Source: the human T2T-CHM13v2.0 reference genome, Homo sapiens. From it: a stretch of DNA of 64,000 nt. The stretch is taken from the NCBI RefSeq assembly GCF_009914755.1, contig NC_060929.1; one strand, written 5' to 3'. This document shows, piece by piece, positions 42,039-57,744 of this stretch. The translations under genes and the position numbers were made by a program. Under the pieces are notes generated by a model. The model had not been told where the DNA came from, did no database searches, and worked only from the letters and a program-made list of their open reading frames with translations. Every line of letters begins with the position of its first letter. Positions within the stretch are counted from its first letter, which is position 1.

Positions 42039-42120
42039 TCCAGGAAGGAAGGGATGCTTCCTAACAGCCCTGGGGTGTTGACATTCCAGGGCTGTTAGGA
42101 AGGCTTGGTTCTGTTCTGGA
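42039..42120 (+). other. 82-nt near-perfect fold-back hairpin
   Basis: 17-bp perfect inverted repeat at 42057-42073 / 42086-42102, extendable to 34 of 39 paired positions with G-U pairs. Confidence 0.85.
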
Positions 42121-42472
42121 GCCACTACTGGTGACTCCTGAGAACCATGGGGCAGCTGCTTAATTCATCTTAAAATTCAATGTGGAAGGACAAGTGTGCT
42201 AGTCCCCAATAGACCAAGGAATCTGAAAAGCCCAGAGGAAAACTAGCAAGTCTAGTATTGTCACATGGTGCTCTATAAAGTCTTAGGGGTTCTATGAAAA
42301 TATTTCAGGGACACAATTAGTTGGCGGACAGCAGGGAGGGCTGCCAACACAGCGCTTTACTTTTGCATGGGTTTCAAGTTATACTAACACTTATCAAGGA
42401 CTTACAATATGCCAGATGCTGTCTGAAGCATTTTACATGTGTTCTCTCATTTTATTCTTATAACAATTGAAT

Positions 42473-42531
42473 GAGGTGATGCAATATTACTTTTAATGGT
42501 AAAAAATGCAATTACTTTTATACCAACCTAA
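42473..42531. mobile_element. MADE1 (Hsmar1-derived MITE) remnant inside a MIR
   Basis: attacttttaatggtaaaaaatgcaattacttttataccaacctaa matches the right half of MADE1. Confidence 0.8.
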
Positions 42532-43126
42532 TAATAATTCTATTATGCAGGCAAGAAAATAAAGCACAGAGAGGTTAAGTAACTTGCCCAGAGTCATGAA
42601 GCTCATAACTTATACCTGTGAGATTTAAACCCAGCTACATGCCACTGTGTTATACCAAAGTCCTCTGTTAAGATTTCCTCAGATGAGAGGGCTTTCTCCC
42701 CAACACACAGTAGAGGATTTATCTAAGGTGCCTCATTCACAGGCAGAAACCTCAGGACCAAGACAGCCTAGGGCTATTCAAAAATCTCTTTTGGCAGCTC
42801 CTGGTAGTGAGAGTCACAGCTGCTCTGTGGTTTACTCTGCCATCTGTTAAAATGAAAAGAATATTAACTATTGACCTCTTGTGGCTCAGGCAAGCTTTGT
42901 GAGTTTTAAGGATTTAATATCTGAAAATCACCTCCTACAGTTACATTGGGAGCTTCACAGTAACCCTCCTGTGGATCTCAGTCTTTTTGTCTTCACACAC
43001 TCAGGGCTAATGAAGGAGCAGGTGCCAATGTGAGTGCTTTATCCAGACACACACCAGGAAGCTCAGCATCAAAAACCGTAAAAGATATAAATCCCATGGG
43101 GGTAAGGAGGCTGCTGGTGGAAACTA

Positions 43127-43532
<406 letters not shown>

Positions 43533-44114
43533 TCACTGTTTGCTTTTATGAGTCTGTGAAAGACAGCAACGTTTTTTCTACCTTGCCTTGTGTAAGAAAA
43601 CTCGGTTAAATTTTATGTTTGATTTCAGTTTATTTCCTTAGCTTAGGTTTTTAGCAACTAGCCTGTCCCTTACAATAACATTGAAAACTATCCAAAATTA
43701 GGTAACTGTGCTTTGTTAGCTTCATATTTGGGGGAGAAGTGGAAAGAAGATAAATAATGAAGTATTATACTAAGAATGGAAGAAGACACGCACTGGCCCA
43801 GGATATGAGTGCTGAAAAGAGACTTTCTCAACTGGGATCTTCCCAGAAATAATTGCCGCTTCAGGAAACAAAGCCCAAGGAGAACATAAAATTGCTTTTT
43901 ACTGAAAAAATGTATAAATGTATAACATTTTAAAAATTAAAATGTTTACAATATAGAAGTCATCTGAAACAAACAGAAATAGCATCGGAGTGGTAGGCAC
44001 ACAGCTCTTTTTCTGTACATTTTGAAATCTATCATAATTTTATTATTTTGTTTTTATTTTTTAACTCCTACAGCTCACATATGTCATAATTTTGGAAAAA
44101 AAAATCCAAATTGC

Positions 44115-44529
<415 letters not shown>

Positions 44530-44584
44530 TCAGGTAAGATTAAGGTAAGAAACAAAACTGTCAATCCTACTTTTACATTTCTGT

Positions 44585-45265
44585 AGTCATTCAGACATTT
44601 ATAGAGCTCCATAGTATACCTTGTACTTTTGCAGTATACCAGGACCACGTTACACCTGGTCCTTAAGTACCTAAGAGTGATCTAAACAGACATAGTCCCT
44701 GCCTTCCCTGAGCTTCTAGTCTAGTGGAAGAAAAACAAAGAAGTAATCTAACAAATGGATGAATAACTACACATAGTGATAAGTGTTCTAGGAAGACAAG
44801 AACAAAAACAAATAGTATAGATAGAACACAGTGGCAAGGGAGCATTGCCCAGTTTAGACCGGGGGATTACAGATGAGGTCTATGAGGAAGTTCTATTTAG
44901 CTGAGAAGTGAAGGATAAGAAACAAGGGAAGAAGCAATGTTCCAGGCTGAGGTGACAGTATGTGCAATGGTGTGAAGTAGGACAGGCTGTCGAACTCCCA
45001 AGTACAGAAGACATCCAGTGTCTGGTGCACGTCACTAAGGAGGAAAAGGAGCTCCAGATGAGGTTCAGGAGGTAGACAGAGGCCAGGCCAGGCAGAGACT
45101 TGGATATACATTAAGGAGTTAGCATTTTTACCAAAAATAAATATGGCAGCCACTTTTTAGTGCAATGTAGTGACATGCTCTGAGTACATCTTGAAAAAGA
45201 TTGCTCTAGCTGCTATGTACGAAATGGGCTTGGAGGTTGGTAAGGATGAAAGCCAGGACATGAGT
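44585..45265 (-). mobile_element. L2 remnant
   Basis: cattcagacatttatagagc...catagtccctgccttccctgagcttctagtctagtgg. Confidence 0.75.
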
Positions 45266-45270
45266 GAGTA

Positions 45271-45493
45271 CAGGTATCAGCAAACTGCAGCCTGCAAGCC
45301 AAATCTGCTGCACCGCCTGTTTTTGTAAGTAGAGTCCGATTGCAACACTGCACACTCATTTGTTTATGTATTATCTCTGGCTAGTCCCACACACCACCAC
45401 CAGAGTTTAGTTGTTCCGACAGAGACTATATGGCCTACAAAAAATATTTAGTATTTGGCCTTTTGAAAAAAAAAAAAAAAAAGCCAACTCCTG
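45271..45493 (+). mobile_element. MER58A-like hAT element
   Basis: caggtatcagcaaact...gccaactcctg. Confidence 0.8.
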
Positions 45494-46445
45494 AGCTAAA
45501 AGTCTGCAGCAGTAGTCAAAATGCTATATGGTGGTAGCTAATCAGCATTTGTCCAACAAGAACTATTGAGCACCTACTGTATGCCAAGGAGACCAGATCC
45601 CCATAACTATAAATACTATGTAAGACTAGGTCTCCATTCTCCAAAACTCTCCATCTCATAAGACCCATCTTTAAAATATTCTACTTTTCCAGTGCCTCAA
45701 TGACTCTTTCCCAAAACTGCAAGTCTGCCTTGAGTTCTAGCCTCTCTGTAAAGTTTTCCCTTACTTACACCTTACTCTGTGTTTTTGAACTCCAGCCATA
45801 AGTATCTCCTATGTCCAATACTTTGGGTGTGATTATACTGAGCGTATTTGTGGGTTTGGATAACGAAAACATTTTCTCCTGCAGTTATGAGAACAATCTT
45901 CTCCACCTTTTCTCCTAACCTCCAAGGTACCACTCAATCCTGCCCAAAGAGAGAACCCCAGCTCCAAGGCTACAGTAGTTCATTCAGAGATGGACTAGGA
46001 TGGACTAGGACCCTAACAATCTCCTCCAGAGGTGGATGGTGGGAGGGTGGGTTCTGCTGGAACAGGTAAGGAAGACTGCCTTTTTTCTCTGCTGTGATGG
46101 TACTAGAAGGCTATGAGTTTGGGGTGGCCAATGACTCCACCAAATGTGCTCATGGGGACCAACAGAGTCTGCCTTCAGTGAGGGGGGAGACAGTGGAGAA
46201 GGAAGCAGGCTGAGAGCTGGGAGTCCTGATGGCTGTCCTAAGCCATGCATTCCACAGTACCTCTCATCCTTCCTAATTGCAGAAGCCAATAAATTCTTAA
46301 TGTTTTGCTGACTGAGTTTCTGCCATTTACAACAGAAGGAGTCCTATCCCCTATAACAGCCTTCATCAAGTAGGCAATTATCTCTACCAAAAGACGACCA
46401 AGTCAGGGCCATTTGGTATCTCCACAACTCTTAGCTTGGCACCAG

Positions 46446-46960
46446 TGTAGGAGACCAAAATAGGCTGCCCCAAAATATGAAGGGCTGTTGAGTTAACGAC
46501 AATAAAGAGGAAGCAGGTGCAGGAGAGTTCTCTGCCCTCCCTCTGCCTGTTTAAAGGTAGAACATCAATTTAAAAGAAAAAAAGTGTCCCCTTCACCTGC
46601 CCCTTACACCAGGGAGAACAAAGTTAATCACCAACTTTGGTTCCTTTTCAGCCTGCAGATGGTACAAGCTTTACTAACAAGCCTTTATCTGCCTTTCCAT
46701 AAGGTGCTGCCCCTAAAGACTCAAAGTTCTTTTCCTTCATCTCATCACTTCTCTAAAAATGTACTGCTCTTTGTTGAAGATGCTGTATAAACTAGAATTC
46801 AAAGCCACCACATCAAGAACAACTTATTCTCTGGGTGTCTCCCATGTATATATATGAAATATACATGTTACTAAACTTCTGTTTTTCTCTTGTTCATCGG
46901 CCTTTTGTTTCAGGGGATCCATTACAAACAAGAACCTGTGGGGTTGTTCTTCCCCTGCCC
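46446..46960 (+). mobile_element. ERV1 solo LTR (MER34/MER39-like)
   Basis: tgtaggagaccaaaataggctgccccaaaatatgaagg...gaagatgctgtataaact...actaaacttctgtttttctcttgtt. Confidence 0.7.
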
Positions 46961-47695
46961 TAGGGAAATTCAGATCACTGGCACACTGGAAACTGACTGG
47001 TTGATGGACACATAGGTCCTTCACACTTTGCCTGGTCTGTTAGAGCTTCTCCCATAACCAGCTTCTGCCTGGGAAAAGAAACCTGGAAAGGGTCTGGTAC
47101 AAAACCAAGATACTGTACCCTCTAATAGCTGTGATGTTGTCTTGGCCTGTACCTTGCTGTGTGATCTCAGATAAGTCCTCCTCAACTTCCCTATCTATAA
47201 AAGAAAATTGGCCTTCCTGAGCAAACTTCCATATTCTCCAATTCCTTGTGCTTAGGTTATGGTTCAATTCTTCCCAGAAAAGGAACATTTTTAGCCCATC
47301 ATTTTGGGTCCAAGGTGACTGTTTTCATAGAGCATTATTTGATTTTGTTCTGGAAAAGTTAATATCTGAACCACACACAGAAGCAGGAGTCTGTTATTTA
47401 CATCGCACTTCTCATTCCATCCTACACTTGGGCAAGCTCCACACACCAGACAAGGACAGGTTAAGGGGAATGAGAACACTTTGTTTTTTACTATGGTTAT
47501 GTGTGTCCCATGAAAGACCTCAGGGACTTCTTGAAAAATGTAACAAGGAAATATGAAAAGATTTACAAATGTCTTAGAGGCCGGCATGACCTATAGGGAA
47601 TTCCAAAGCTGGCGGAAAGTGTTATTTTCCTCTTTTCTATGAAAGCACCTTGTTAAAAATAAATAAAAACTGATCAAGAAGTTCTCTGGCGATGG

Positions 47696-48044
<349 letters not shown>

Positions 48045-48085
48045 TCACAAACCTATCACAGCTACAGTGCAGGTCAAGATCATCA

Positions 48086-48290
48086 CAGTGTTTCTCAGCT
48101 GGGACACTATTAGCATTTTAAATGAGATAATTCTTCTTTGTGCTTCAATGTGCCTTGCATTGCAAGACATTTACTTTCCCCAATAAATGCCTGGAGCATA
48201 GTCCAACCTCACTGTGATATTCAGTCAAAACATACCCCCGTGCATTGCCAATAACCACGACAGGGTGCCAGTACCACCTCCTAATCATAC
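48086..48290 (-). mobile_element. MER20-like hAT element
   Basis: cagtgtttctcagctgggacactattagcatttt...gataattcttctttgtg...tgcattgcaagacattt. Confidence 0.6.
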
Positions 48291-50483
48291 TCTCTTTTTG
48301 TAAATGGGTTAAATAACATCCAGAGATGTGACATGACTTCCCCAAGATCACACAAACAAAAGGGTCAAGGCTAGATCTGAAGCTGCATATTTGGACATCC
48401 AGTCCTAGTGATCTTTATACTACCTTATTCCATCTATAATATCTGTGGGTTTTCATTCTACAGCTTGATACTGCTATAAAGCTTAGAACCAACTTACTAA
48501 TATTAATACCAACCATTACCTCCCTATTATAATTTAACTGCACTTAATACATTCTTGCACTGAGCAACTTTTTTCATATTCATGAGGGTCTTCATTACCT
48601 TAAGTGGCCTCATCATGCTTGCATTTGTTCATGGACAAAGGATAGCACACTGGAATCCAAAAGCAGCGTTCTAATTCTTATCCATTGGCTCTAAAGGAGC
48701 AGAGAGGAGTTGATGGGAATTTACCCAGAAGGCAGAGATCAATTATATTCAGCAACTCAGAAAGCTACGTTGCCCAGAAAATCATAGCATTTCTGACATT
48801 TGGAGCCCTTCTGGATCAATGTTTATATTTTCTTCTGTGTTGCTCCTATTGGGTGACTCCACTACTAAGAGTAGGGTGAGTTTTTACCAGTAATAAAGTA
48901 TCATGACTAAATATGCTGATCCCTTATCTGTTACAGCTCCCCAAATCCCATCCTGTTACTAAATTCTAGAGGAGGTGTGAAAAGAAAGATGCTATATTAG
49001 AGTTAGTGGTATTTGTATTACACTGTCCTGCTACGTTTAAGCCACTGGCAACAAGGACAAAAAAATCTGCCCGCACGTAATCTGGCTCTGACTCCACCTC
49101 ACGCTCACGCACACCTGATCCATCAATATTGTGCAAAGGTGAAAAAGGACAGAGCCTTCAGGACTCTGTGTTCTCATGGTATTTTCAGAGCAATTCATGA
49201 ACCTCTTTTAATGCATTTGCCTCCTCCAAGATGTGCTTCAGACAAGCCCACATGATCAATAATCAAGTGATGCCCCGTCACTTTTTCAGAGTTTTGGTAG
49301 ACCAGCAGGCCTGGAGTTGCATTTTAATAGCAAGCCTCATAATCCAGGGAGTCTTTTTTTCTGCATAAGAATATTGTAGACACGAAAAATAGACTGCTTT
49401 AAAAGTTTAATATGATGTGAAAAGTTTGAGTACTGCTTAGCCAAAGGCATTTAAAGCAGTAAATACAATTGCAGGGAGACACTAATTTATGGCTAATGAC
49501 CATCAGGGAAAAATGGGGAAAAAATGTGTATACCCCAGAGAAAATATGCGGTAATGGCAAAGTGGGTTTTTTTCCCCTCATTTTTAGCAGTGTTATTAGG
49601 AACTCATTAGGAGTCAATTAACATTTAATTTCTCTAAAATACCCAATTACAGTTTTGTTGTCCAGGAAAATAATGTTTAAAAATGTTTCTTCATATCATA
49701 TGGGCTACTTCAAACAAAACTAAGTCTTTCCTCCCCACTTCCACCGCCACACACCAAAAGAGGGTCAGTTGTGGGTTTCAAGTTCCAAAAGCCCCTTTTC
49801 TATTTTTGAGAATAATCTTCCAGGGGAACCAGAGAAACTTGTCTGAGTCCTATAAAAATGCTGGCAGCTAAGCAGAATGCCCTCTTCATCTCCCCTCCTT
49901 TTGTAAAGCTGAGCGCTACCCAAAGTGTTTATCCAAATTTATTCTTCACCAAATATTTGTTGCCAACAAGGAAAAGGCACACAGAAATGTACTGTTAGCA
50001 AGGAGAGTAAAAAAAAAAAAAAAAATCTTTCATGAGAGAGGGGAAAATAAAGACCCTAAAAGATGCAATTATCGGGCATGCCTTAAAGCTAGTCATAACT
50101 ATTTTAAATTACTTTGCATATAAATATCAGTTATCCCAATAGGAAAATGTAAAACCCAAAGAGAAGTGCCTAGCAATGATTGACTTATAAATCTGGCATT
50201 ATTGTTGGTAGAGTTATGCAATAGAAAAATGCGTAGCACCCTACCCTATGCTCCCAATCCACCTTCAGTTCTCTCCTCTGAAGCACACGGGCAAAGTACA
50301 ACTTTCTAGCGGTTAAAAACAACAACAATAACAATCAAAAACCAACAACAACAACAAAACTTGGAAGCAAATCAAATAACTGCATCAGACCAAAAAAAAA
50401 TCAATAAGACTGATCTTCAACTCAATTATTTCCTCTCTGAGGATGAATGTCTTTCACAATGAAGTATGTGTAAATACTCTATT

Positions 50484-50485
<2 letters not shown>

Positions 50486-50516
<31 letters not shown>
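50486..50516. repeat. (TG)n microsatellite
   Basis: Directly visible in the sequence. Confidence 0.97.
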
Positions 50517-50519
<3 letters not shown>

Positions 50520-51010
50520 GTTCACTTGAACATAGCATCATCTCTCAGCTCATGCCACTATTTCATTCTTTTCCTCCCAAAGCCTCACCTCCATCTTCCA
50601 AGAGGTAGTAATAAGAAAATAATCAGAGAAAAGGTTGTTATCTTGTAGCAAACTGCAGATGGTAAAGGAGCAGTATATCTTATTTTGAAAAGCTTGCCAG
50701 AATGTGGACAGAAGGATTTTCAAAGCTTAATTCAATAAACTTCAATAAGCTGAGCTCCAGTGTTTTTTGACTAATTAATAAAGAAAAATGTCAACTCATC
50801 TGACCTCAAATAATCAAAATCCTCAAGCAAAAGAAAATCCTTTTTTATTCCCTTGACCCCAATTTTTAGTATGTAAACCAGCCCAGGGCAAAGCATGCCT
50901 TGTGCTACCAAACCTTTTTTTTTTTTTTTTTTTTTTAAATATACAAGGAGGACCACTGTTTAAATAAATATCAAGCTATATTATAAGAAACATCAGTATT
51001 GTAAGATTAA

Positions 51011-51310
<300 letters not shown>

Positions 51311-51313
51311 TTA

Positions 51314-51625
<312 letters not shown>

Positions 51626-51900
51626 TTTAATGAAAATTTATTATAGCCATAAGACTCACCCAAACCTCTGTCAGGGCTGACACTACATGTTATTTAGCAG
51701 TATGAAGCAACCTGGCCTGGGGATTTCCAGGAGACAAAACCACCTCGGCACAGATCCAACTCTCATAAATCTTAAAACAAAGCTTACCCTAATAAGAATA
51801 GCTTAAACTCCCTTTACAAGCAAAACACCTGGTAATTGATCCAGACTGAATACAGATATCAGACAGGGGAATGATCCCCTTAAATTCTACAAATGGTCCC

Positions 51901-52258
51901 CAGCCATAAAAAGGAATGGGATCATGTCCTTTGCAAGGACATGGATGGAGCTAGAAGCCATTATCCTCAGCAAACTAACGCAGAAACAGAAAACCAAACA
52001 CCACATGTTCTCATAAGTGGGAGCTGAATGATGAGAACACATGGACACACAGGGTGAACAACACACACTGGGGCCTGTCAGAGGTGGGAGGTTGGGGTGA
52101 GGGAGAGCATCAGGAAGAATAGCTAATGGATGCTGGACTTAATACCTACTTGATGGGATCATCTGTGCAGCTAATCACCATGGCACACATTTACCTATGT
52201 AAAAACCTGCACATCCTGCACTTGTGCCCCCAAACTTAAAAGTTGATGGAAAAAAAGA
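51901..52258 (+). mobile_element. L1PA (older primate) 3' end
   Basis: cagccataaaaaggaatgggatcatgtcctttgca...cctgcacatcctgcac...A tail. Confidence 0.9.
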
Positions 52259-54271
52259 AAATTAATCCAGAAAATGGCAATCCCCAGACATTGTGGTTTA
52301 TTAAGGATATGGAGTTTTTGAAATAGTTTTGTATTAAGGATGAAAAGCTGTGAAATAAATGAAGAAGTGAAGAAGATTCAGATTTGAGCCACTATTCTGA
52401 CCATTTTGATAGAGTAGAGGCCACTCTGGGAAAAAGTAAGAGCTAAGCCAGGAAAGACAGGGCAGATGAGATGGATTGGGGTTAGGTGGATGACAGCTCA
52501 CAGAGCCCATTCAATGCCCGGCTAAGGAGTGGTGATGTATCCTCTGTGCTGGATGGGCCATTAGAGGTTTTGGAGACAGAGAGGGCCTTAGTTTGAGTAG
52601 TGTTTAGAAAGTTCTCTGGAAGCATTCATTCTTGATAAATTGACCACAGGCAAAAAGACCAGTTAGGGGACAACTGTGGCCCCACAGACAGGAGATAATG
52701 AGGGCCTGAAGCTGACAAGACAGTGGGGATGTGGGAGGTCGGATATGAGAAAGCCCTGGAAGGAGACGCTAGACAACTGGACGCTGTCTTTGAAACATGC
52801 TGGCTTCCAAGTGCCAGTGAGTGTGAGGGTGGAAATGGCTAGAAGGCTGTTGGAAATACTCAGAGAACCAGGTAAAATTCACAAGTTCATGCCAGGCTCC
52901 AGACCCCTTTAACTAGATATGATGTATGGAAACAGAGCAAATTAATATGCACAAGCAAACCTGGGCAACCTTCTGCAGAAACACAAACAGAAAAGAACAA
53001 ATGGCTCTGAGGAGCCGCTCTGCTCAGTCAGCCAAGCTGAAAAATGGCTTCACATGAGCCTCAGCTTCATTCATTTAATAAAATCTTCCTCCTTATCCTC
53101 AGGTTCCTCAGCAACAGTGCCTGGCCAGCAGCTAGGTTAATCCAATCACCTGTGGCCTCTCTCCCCAGGTGAGGGAATAGTCAGCTTATAAACGCTGCTG
53201 CTGAAGCAAGAGGCAGCCTCACCATGGCCCCCAGAATATGTTCACTTTTCTGCTCCCCTCTCAGCCCATCTCTGCACACTTGAACACAGACTGTTCATTC
53301 CCCTGCCAAAACAAGAGCCTTCTTAGTTCTCCCTCTCTTCATGGCCCTCAATTTGAGAGAAATCTCTTCCTCTCAGTAACAATGTCTCAAAAACTCAAGA
53401 AGAGACCCCAAAGCCGAGAGCCAGCTAGCTTTGACAGACTGCATTTCATCTAGTTTCAGGAGCCACACACTTCCTTCCCTTTCTCCCACTCTATTTCTGA
53501 AAACCACAGGTTAAAAACACTGGGAAGCATCCTGAATGTCCATCAGTAAGTGAGCAGTTAATAAAGTCTGGATTCTCCATGCAGCCAAGCACTATTCACT
53601 TAATAAACGATGCAGACGTATGCCAAATCAGAACCATCTCTATACTCACTGTTAAATGAAGACACAACATGGCAAAACAGCGTACATTGCATTCTACCAT
53701 TTAAGCCAGGAAAGGGACTCTAACTGCTCATATTTGTATCAAAAAGCTCTGGATAAACACTGTTTTTAAATAGATCAATTTCAGAAAGCAGTGCCCATAG
53801 GTTTGCCCCAGTCACGTATAAGTTAGGGGTAAAGGAACTTATAATAAAAATTATTTCAGTCACTACTTCTATATATGAAAACTGAAAAAGACTAGTTTTC
53901 TGCTAATGTTTTGATACCATACCTTTTTTTTTTTCAATTGCACACGAAGAGATTACTAACTCTGATTTTATTCCACTGGGACTGTTCAACATTGTATTTC
54001 CACCATCCACAGCAGTTAAATAATGAGTTATAAATGTCACAATCATAATGAAATTCTCAGAATGAATTCTGTAAGGTCCAAAATAGGTTTTCCTGGCAGG
54101 ATGGAGGAGGCCAAGGAGAGGGAAGGTAAGCATTCACAGTGGAAATGTCTGATGTACTCAATTTGATTTTACAGAGCAATGGAAGCCCCCACAAACCTCA
54201 ATCTCAGAATTTACCATAATTCCATTCAACAAATATTGTTGAGCCCCAGTGTCTGGGAGAATTTAGAATTA

Positions 54272-54624
<353 letters not shown>

Positions 54625-54934
54625 ATCATTTGCAATGGTGCTTGCTGCCAAATTACCTTACCGGGAGCCTCTTTGGAACTTCCACACAAATAGGGAATTG
54701 TTAGCAAACTCCGACCTGGGCAACTCTCTCTGTGCAGAGAGGAAATATGGCTATAAATAGCCACTCCAGCCTCATTCTCCCTATGATGAGTTCACGAGGG
54801 ATCTGTGAGGCCCTGCATCAGGTGAGTCCACCAGATGCAGGTCATTGAGAGGCAGAAGGCATGCAGCAAGTCCTGGGAGTGGCTGAGAAGGGCTAAAAGT
54901 TGAGCCTGGGCCCTGACTGTAGTAGGGACTAGTA

Positions 54935-55078
54935 GTAAGCCATGTCAGTTGCTATAGCAGCATCTGAGAGCTTGTTAGAAAAGCAGAATCATGGGTCCTA
55001 TCCAAGCCCTGAAGGATCAGAATCTGCATTTTAACCAGACATCAGATGATTGACGTGCATAATAAATTTGAGTAGCCC
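54935..55078 (+). mobile_element. MER5A
   Basis: gagcttgttagaaaagcagaatc...atcagaatctgcattttaac...aaatttgagtagc. Confidence 0.75.
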
Positions 55079-56195
55079 TAATGTTGAGTGGCACTAATGA
55101 TAAATGCTTGCCGTGTTGAACACAAATAAGCAAGAAAGAAGAGTCCCGCCCTTTTGAATCTAGCCATGTAAAATGTTCAAAACTTACTTTCTCAAATCAT
55201 GGCATGATGCAGATGCTTTGGAAAGATACTTCTGCAGAGAAGCATGGCATCCCTACTTAACCCAGGTCAAGGGGAGGGGAGCTGCAACAAAGGCTCTATT
55301 CCTAACTTCCTCACTGTCTCCATCTGATGGCAGGCAAGTTCTTTTCTTTTTAATGTCTGTTTGCATTGCTATAAAGCAGGCAAGTTCTTTGCCCTTTCCA
55401 GGGACCTCATTTCCCCAACATGTAACATGAAGATTTCAGAACTAGACCATCTTCTAATCACCCTCCCAGGCAGTGACGGTCTCCAGTCTACTCATAAGAA
55501 GAACTGTCTCTGCTGTGAGGTCTCCAGATCCCAGATAAAAACATCCTCAACCTCCCTTTTTCATTCACCCTTGAATTAGACAAGCCCTTTCTTGCCAGAG
55601 CCCTCCTTTGATCTTTTTGGCTTTCTTGGTTGTGTTTAGCACCCTTTACTCTGCCAGAGGACCTCACTTTTTCTTTGAGGCCAGCTGGTCTGTTTCCTGG
55701 ACTCTTTTCTTCAGTGAGTTGTGTTAGACATGAATGCCTGGAAGTCAAGCTTTTGTCAGGAGAACACACTGTTTCCCAAAAAGAAAGATCACACACACAA
55801 ACACACACATTTGTGAAGATGAGTAGTTTATCTTGTTTGGTATTTGTGACAGTGTTAATCATCGTAGTTTTCCAAAACCCACGGCGGCTATAACACAGCT
55901 GATTATTCTTTACATAGAATTCTAAGGTTAAAAAGTCTCCTTAAAGATCAAGTACCCCAAATTTTATTTAATTATCCCCTTTACATACCCTGACACATTA
56001 TCTTTCAGTCTCCATTTGACCACCCCATAGAGGCAACCAGTACTATTTCACCTGCTCTCTAGAAAGTTTGTTCAGTTTATGAATCACTCATCTTCCCTCT
56101 GGTCCCTTCTACTCACTGGGACTGGTTCTTCCTCACAAAGCCTCAGCACACCCCTCTTCTTCAGAGGAGGCATCCAGTTATTGTTCTTCTGTTAA

Positions 56196-56568
<373 letters not shown>

Positions 56569-57744
56569 TAAAGAGTAGCACCTGGACTTGAAATCAGTAT
56601 TTCAAGGATAGAAAAGAGCAGGATCCAATCATGAGTGTTTTGCTGATTCTCTTCTTTGCAAAGGAACTGAAACTATTATGTGGCAGGATGATTTACTGAG
56701 ATACTAGGTAACGTTTTGTTCTTCCTGTTTGTCACACCATGCCACCTAGACCAATTAGTGAGACCTTTGTTCTCCCATACCTCTGGGGCAGTTTGTGTTG
56801 CAAAGTCAAGAGCTATGCTGTCCTCCCAACACTGGCATACTTGACTTTGGTTTCCCAGGATCTTCTACACCTTGGCAAACTTGAGGGATGGCAAGAAAAG
56901 CAGAGAGATAGCAGTGCCTTTGAAGCAAGAGAACTAAGAACAGATGCCCCAAGAATGAAATGAGATGAAGGTGATCCACAAGGTGTTGGAAACCTTTGCA
57001 AATGTGGTACTTAAGAGATGTGAATGATGTTTGATAGGAGAATAGCTGTCTGGGGAAACTAGGGAGGCTGGGCTGTAGTCATTGGAGATTCCACCTAAGC
57101 TTGGCAAAAAAAGCAACTGAAACATTTGTCTTCAAGAGACCCCACCTACCCCACCTCAGGCTTGGTAATGAAGAGGCCATGATGGATTGAAAATGAAGGA
57201 GTCTTTCCACCATTTTCTAGCCACAACTTACATCCCCAAAACTTGGATGTGACCCCTGCAAAGGGGAGGGGAGCCTCCAAAAATCACTGTAGGTTACTTT
57301 TCTTACAGCCCTTCTGTAGGTTTAAAGTCTAAGATTTAGAGAAAATGAAATACTTTAATTTTTTTACACTTGCACTTACTGTTTAAATTGTTTTTCCATT
57401 ATAACTGTGTGAAGTATTATAAAGGGACTCAAAGAAAAGGCTTCCTGTATCAATGAAAGTACTGTCTAATCTGGAGATAGCTAGTACTTTGATTTTTCTT
57501 GGTGATGACAGGAATTGTAACCTAATATAAAGCAATGTGACCCCTTGTCATGTCATTTTAAATCTCTTTATCTTATTTCCCTCCTCTAATAGAAGTAAAA
57601 ATGCAATAACTTCATAAAATTAATGGTAGAATTCTGGACTCCCATGCAAATGGACATGTTAAATTTTTACTAACCATAGGATTTGTTTAGGATATGGGTT
57701 CAAAGCTTAGACTCCAGGCCAGAGCACCTGTGTTTAAACCCTGG

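Noticed and set aside
51645-51898. Possible ERV1 LTR fragment before the L1PA 3' end
   Set aside because: Resemblance only; I could not assign a family or termini.
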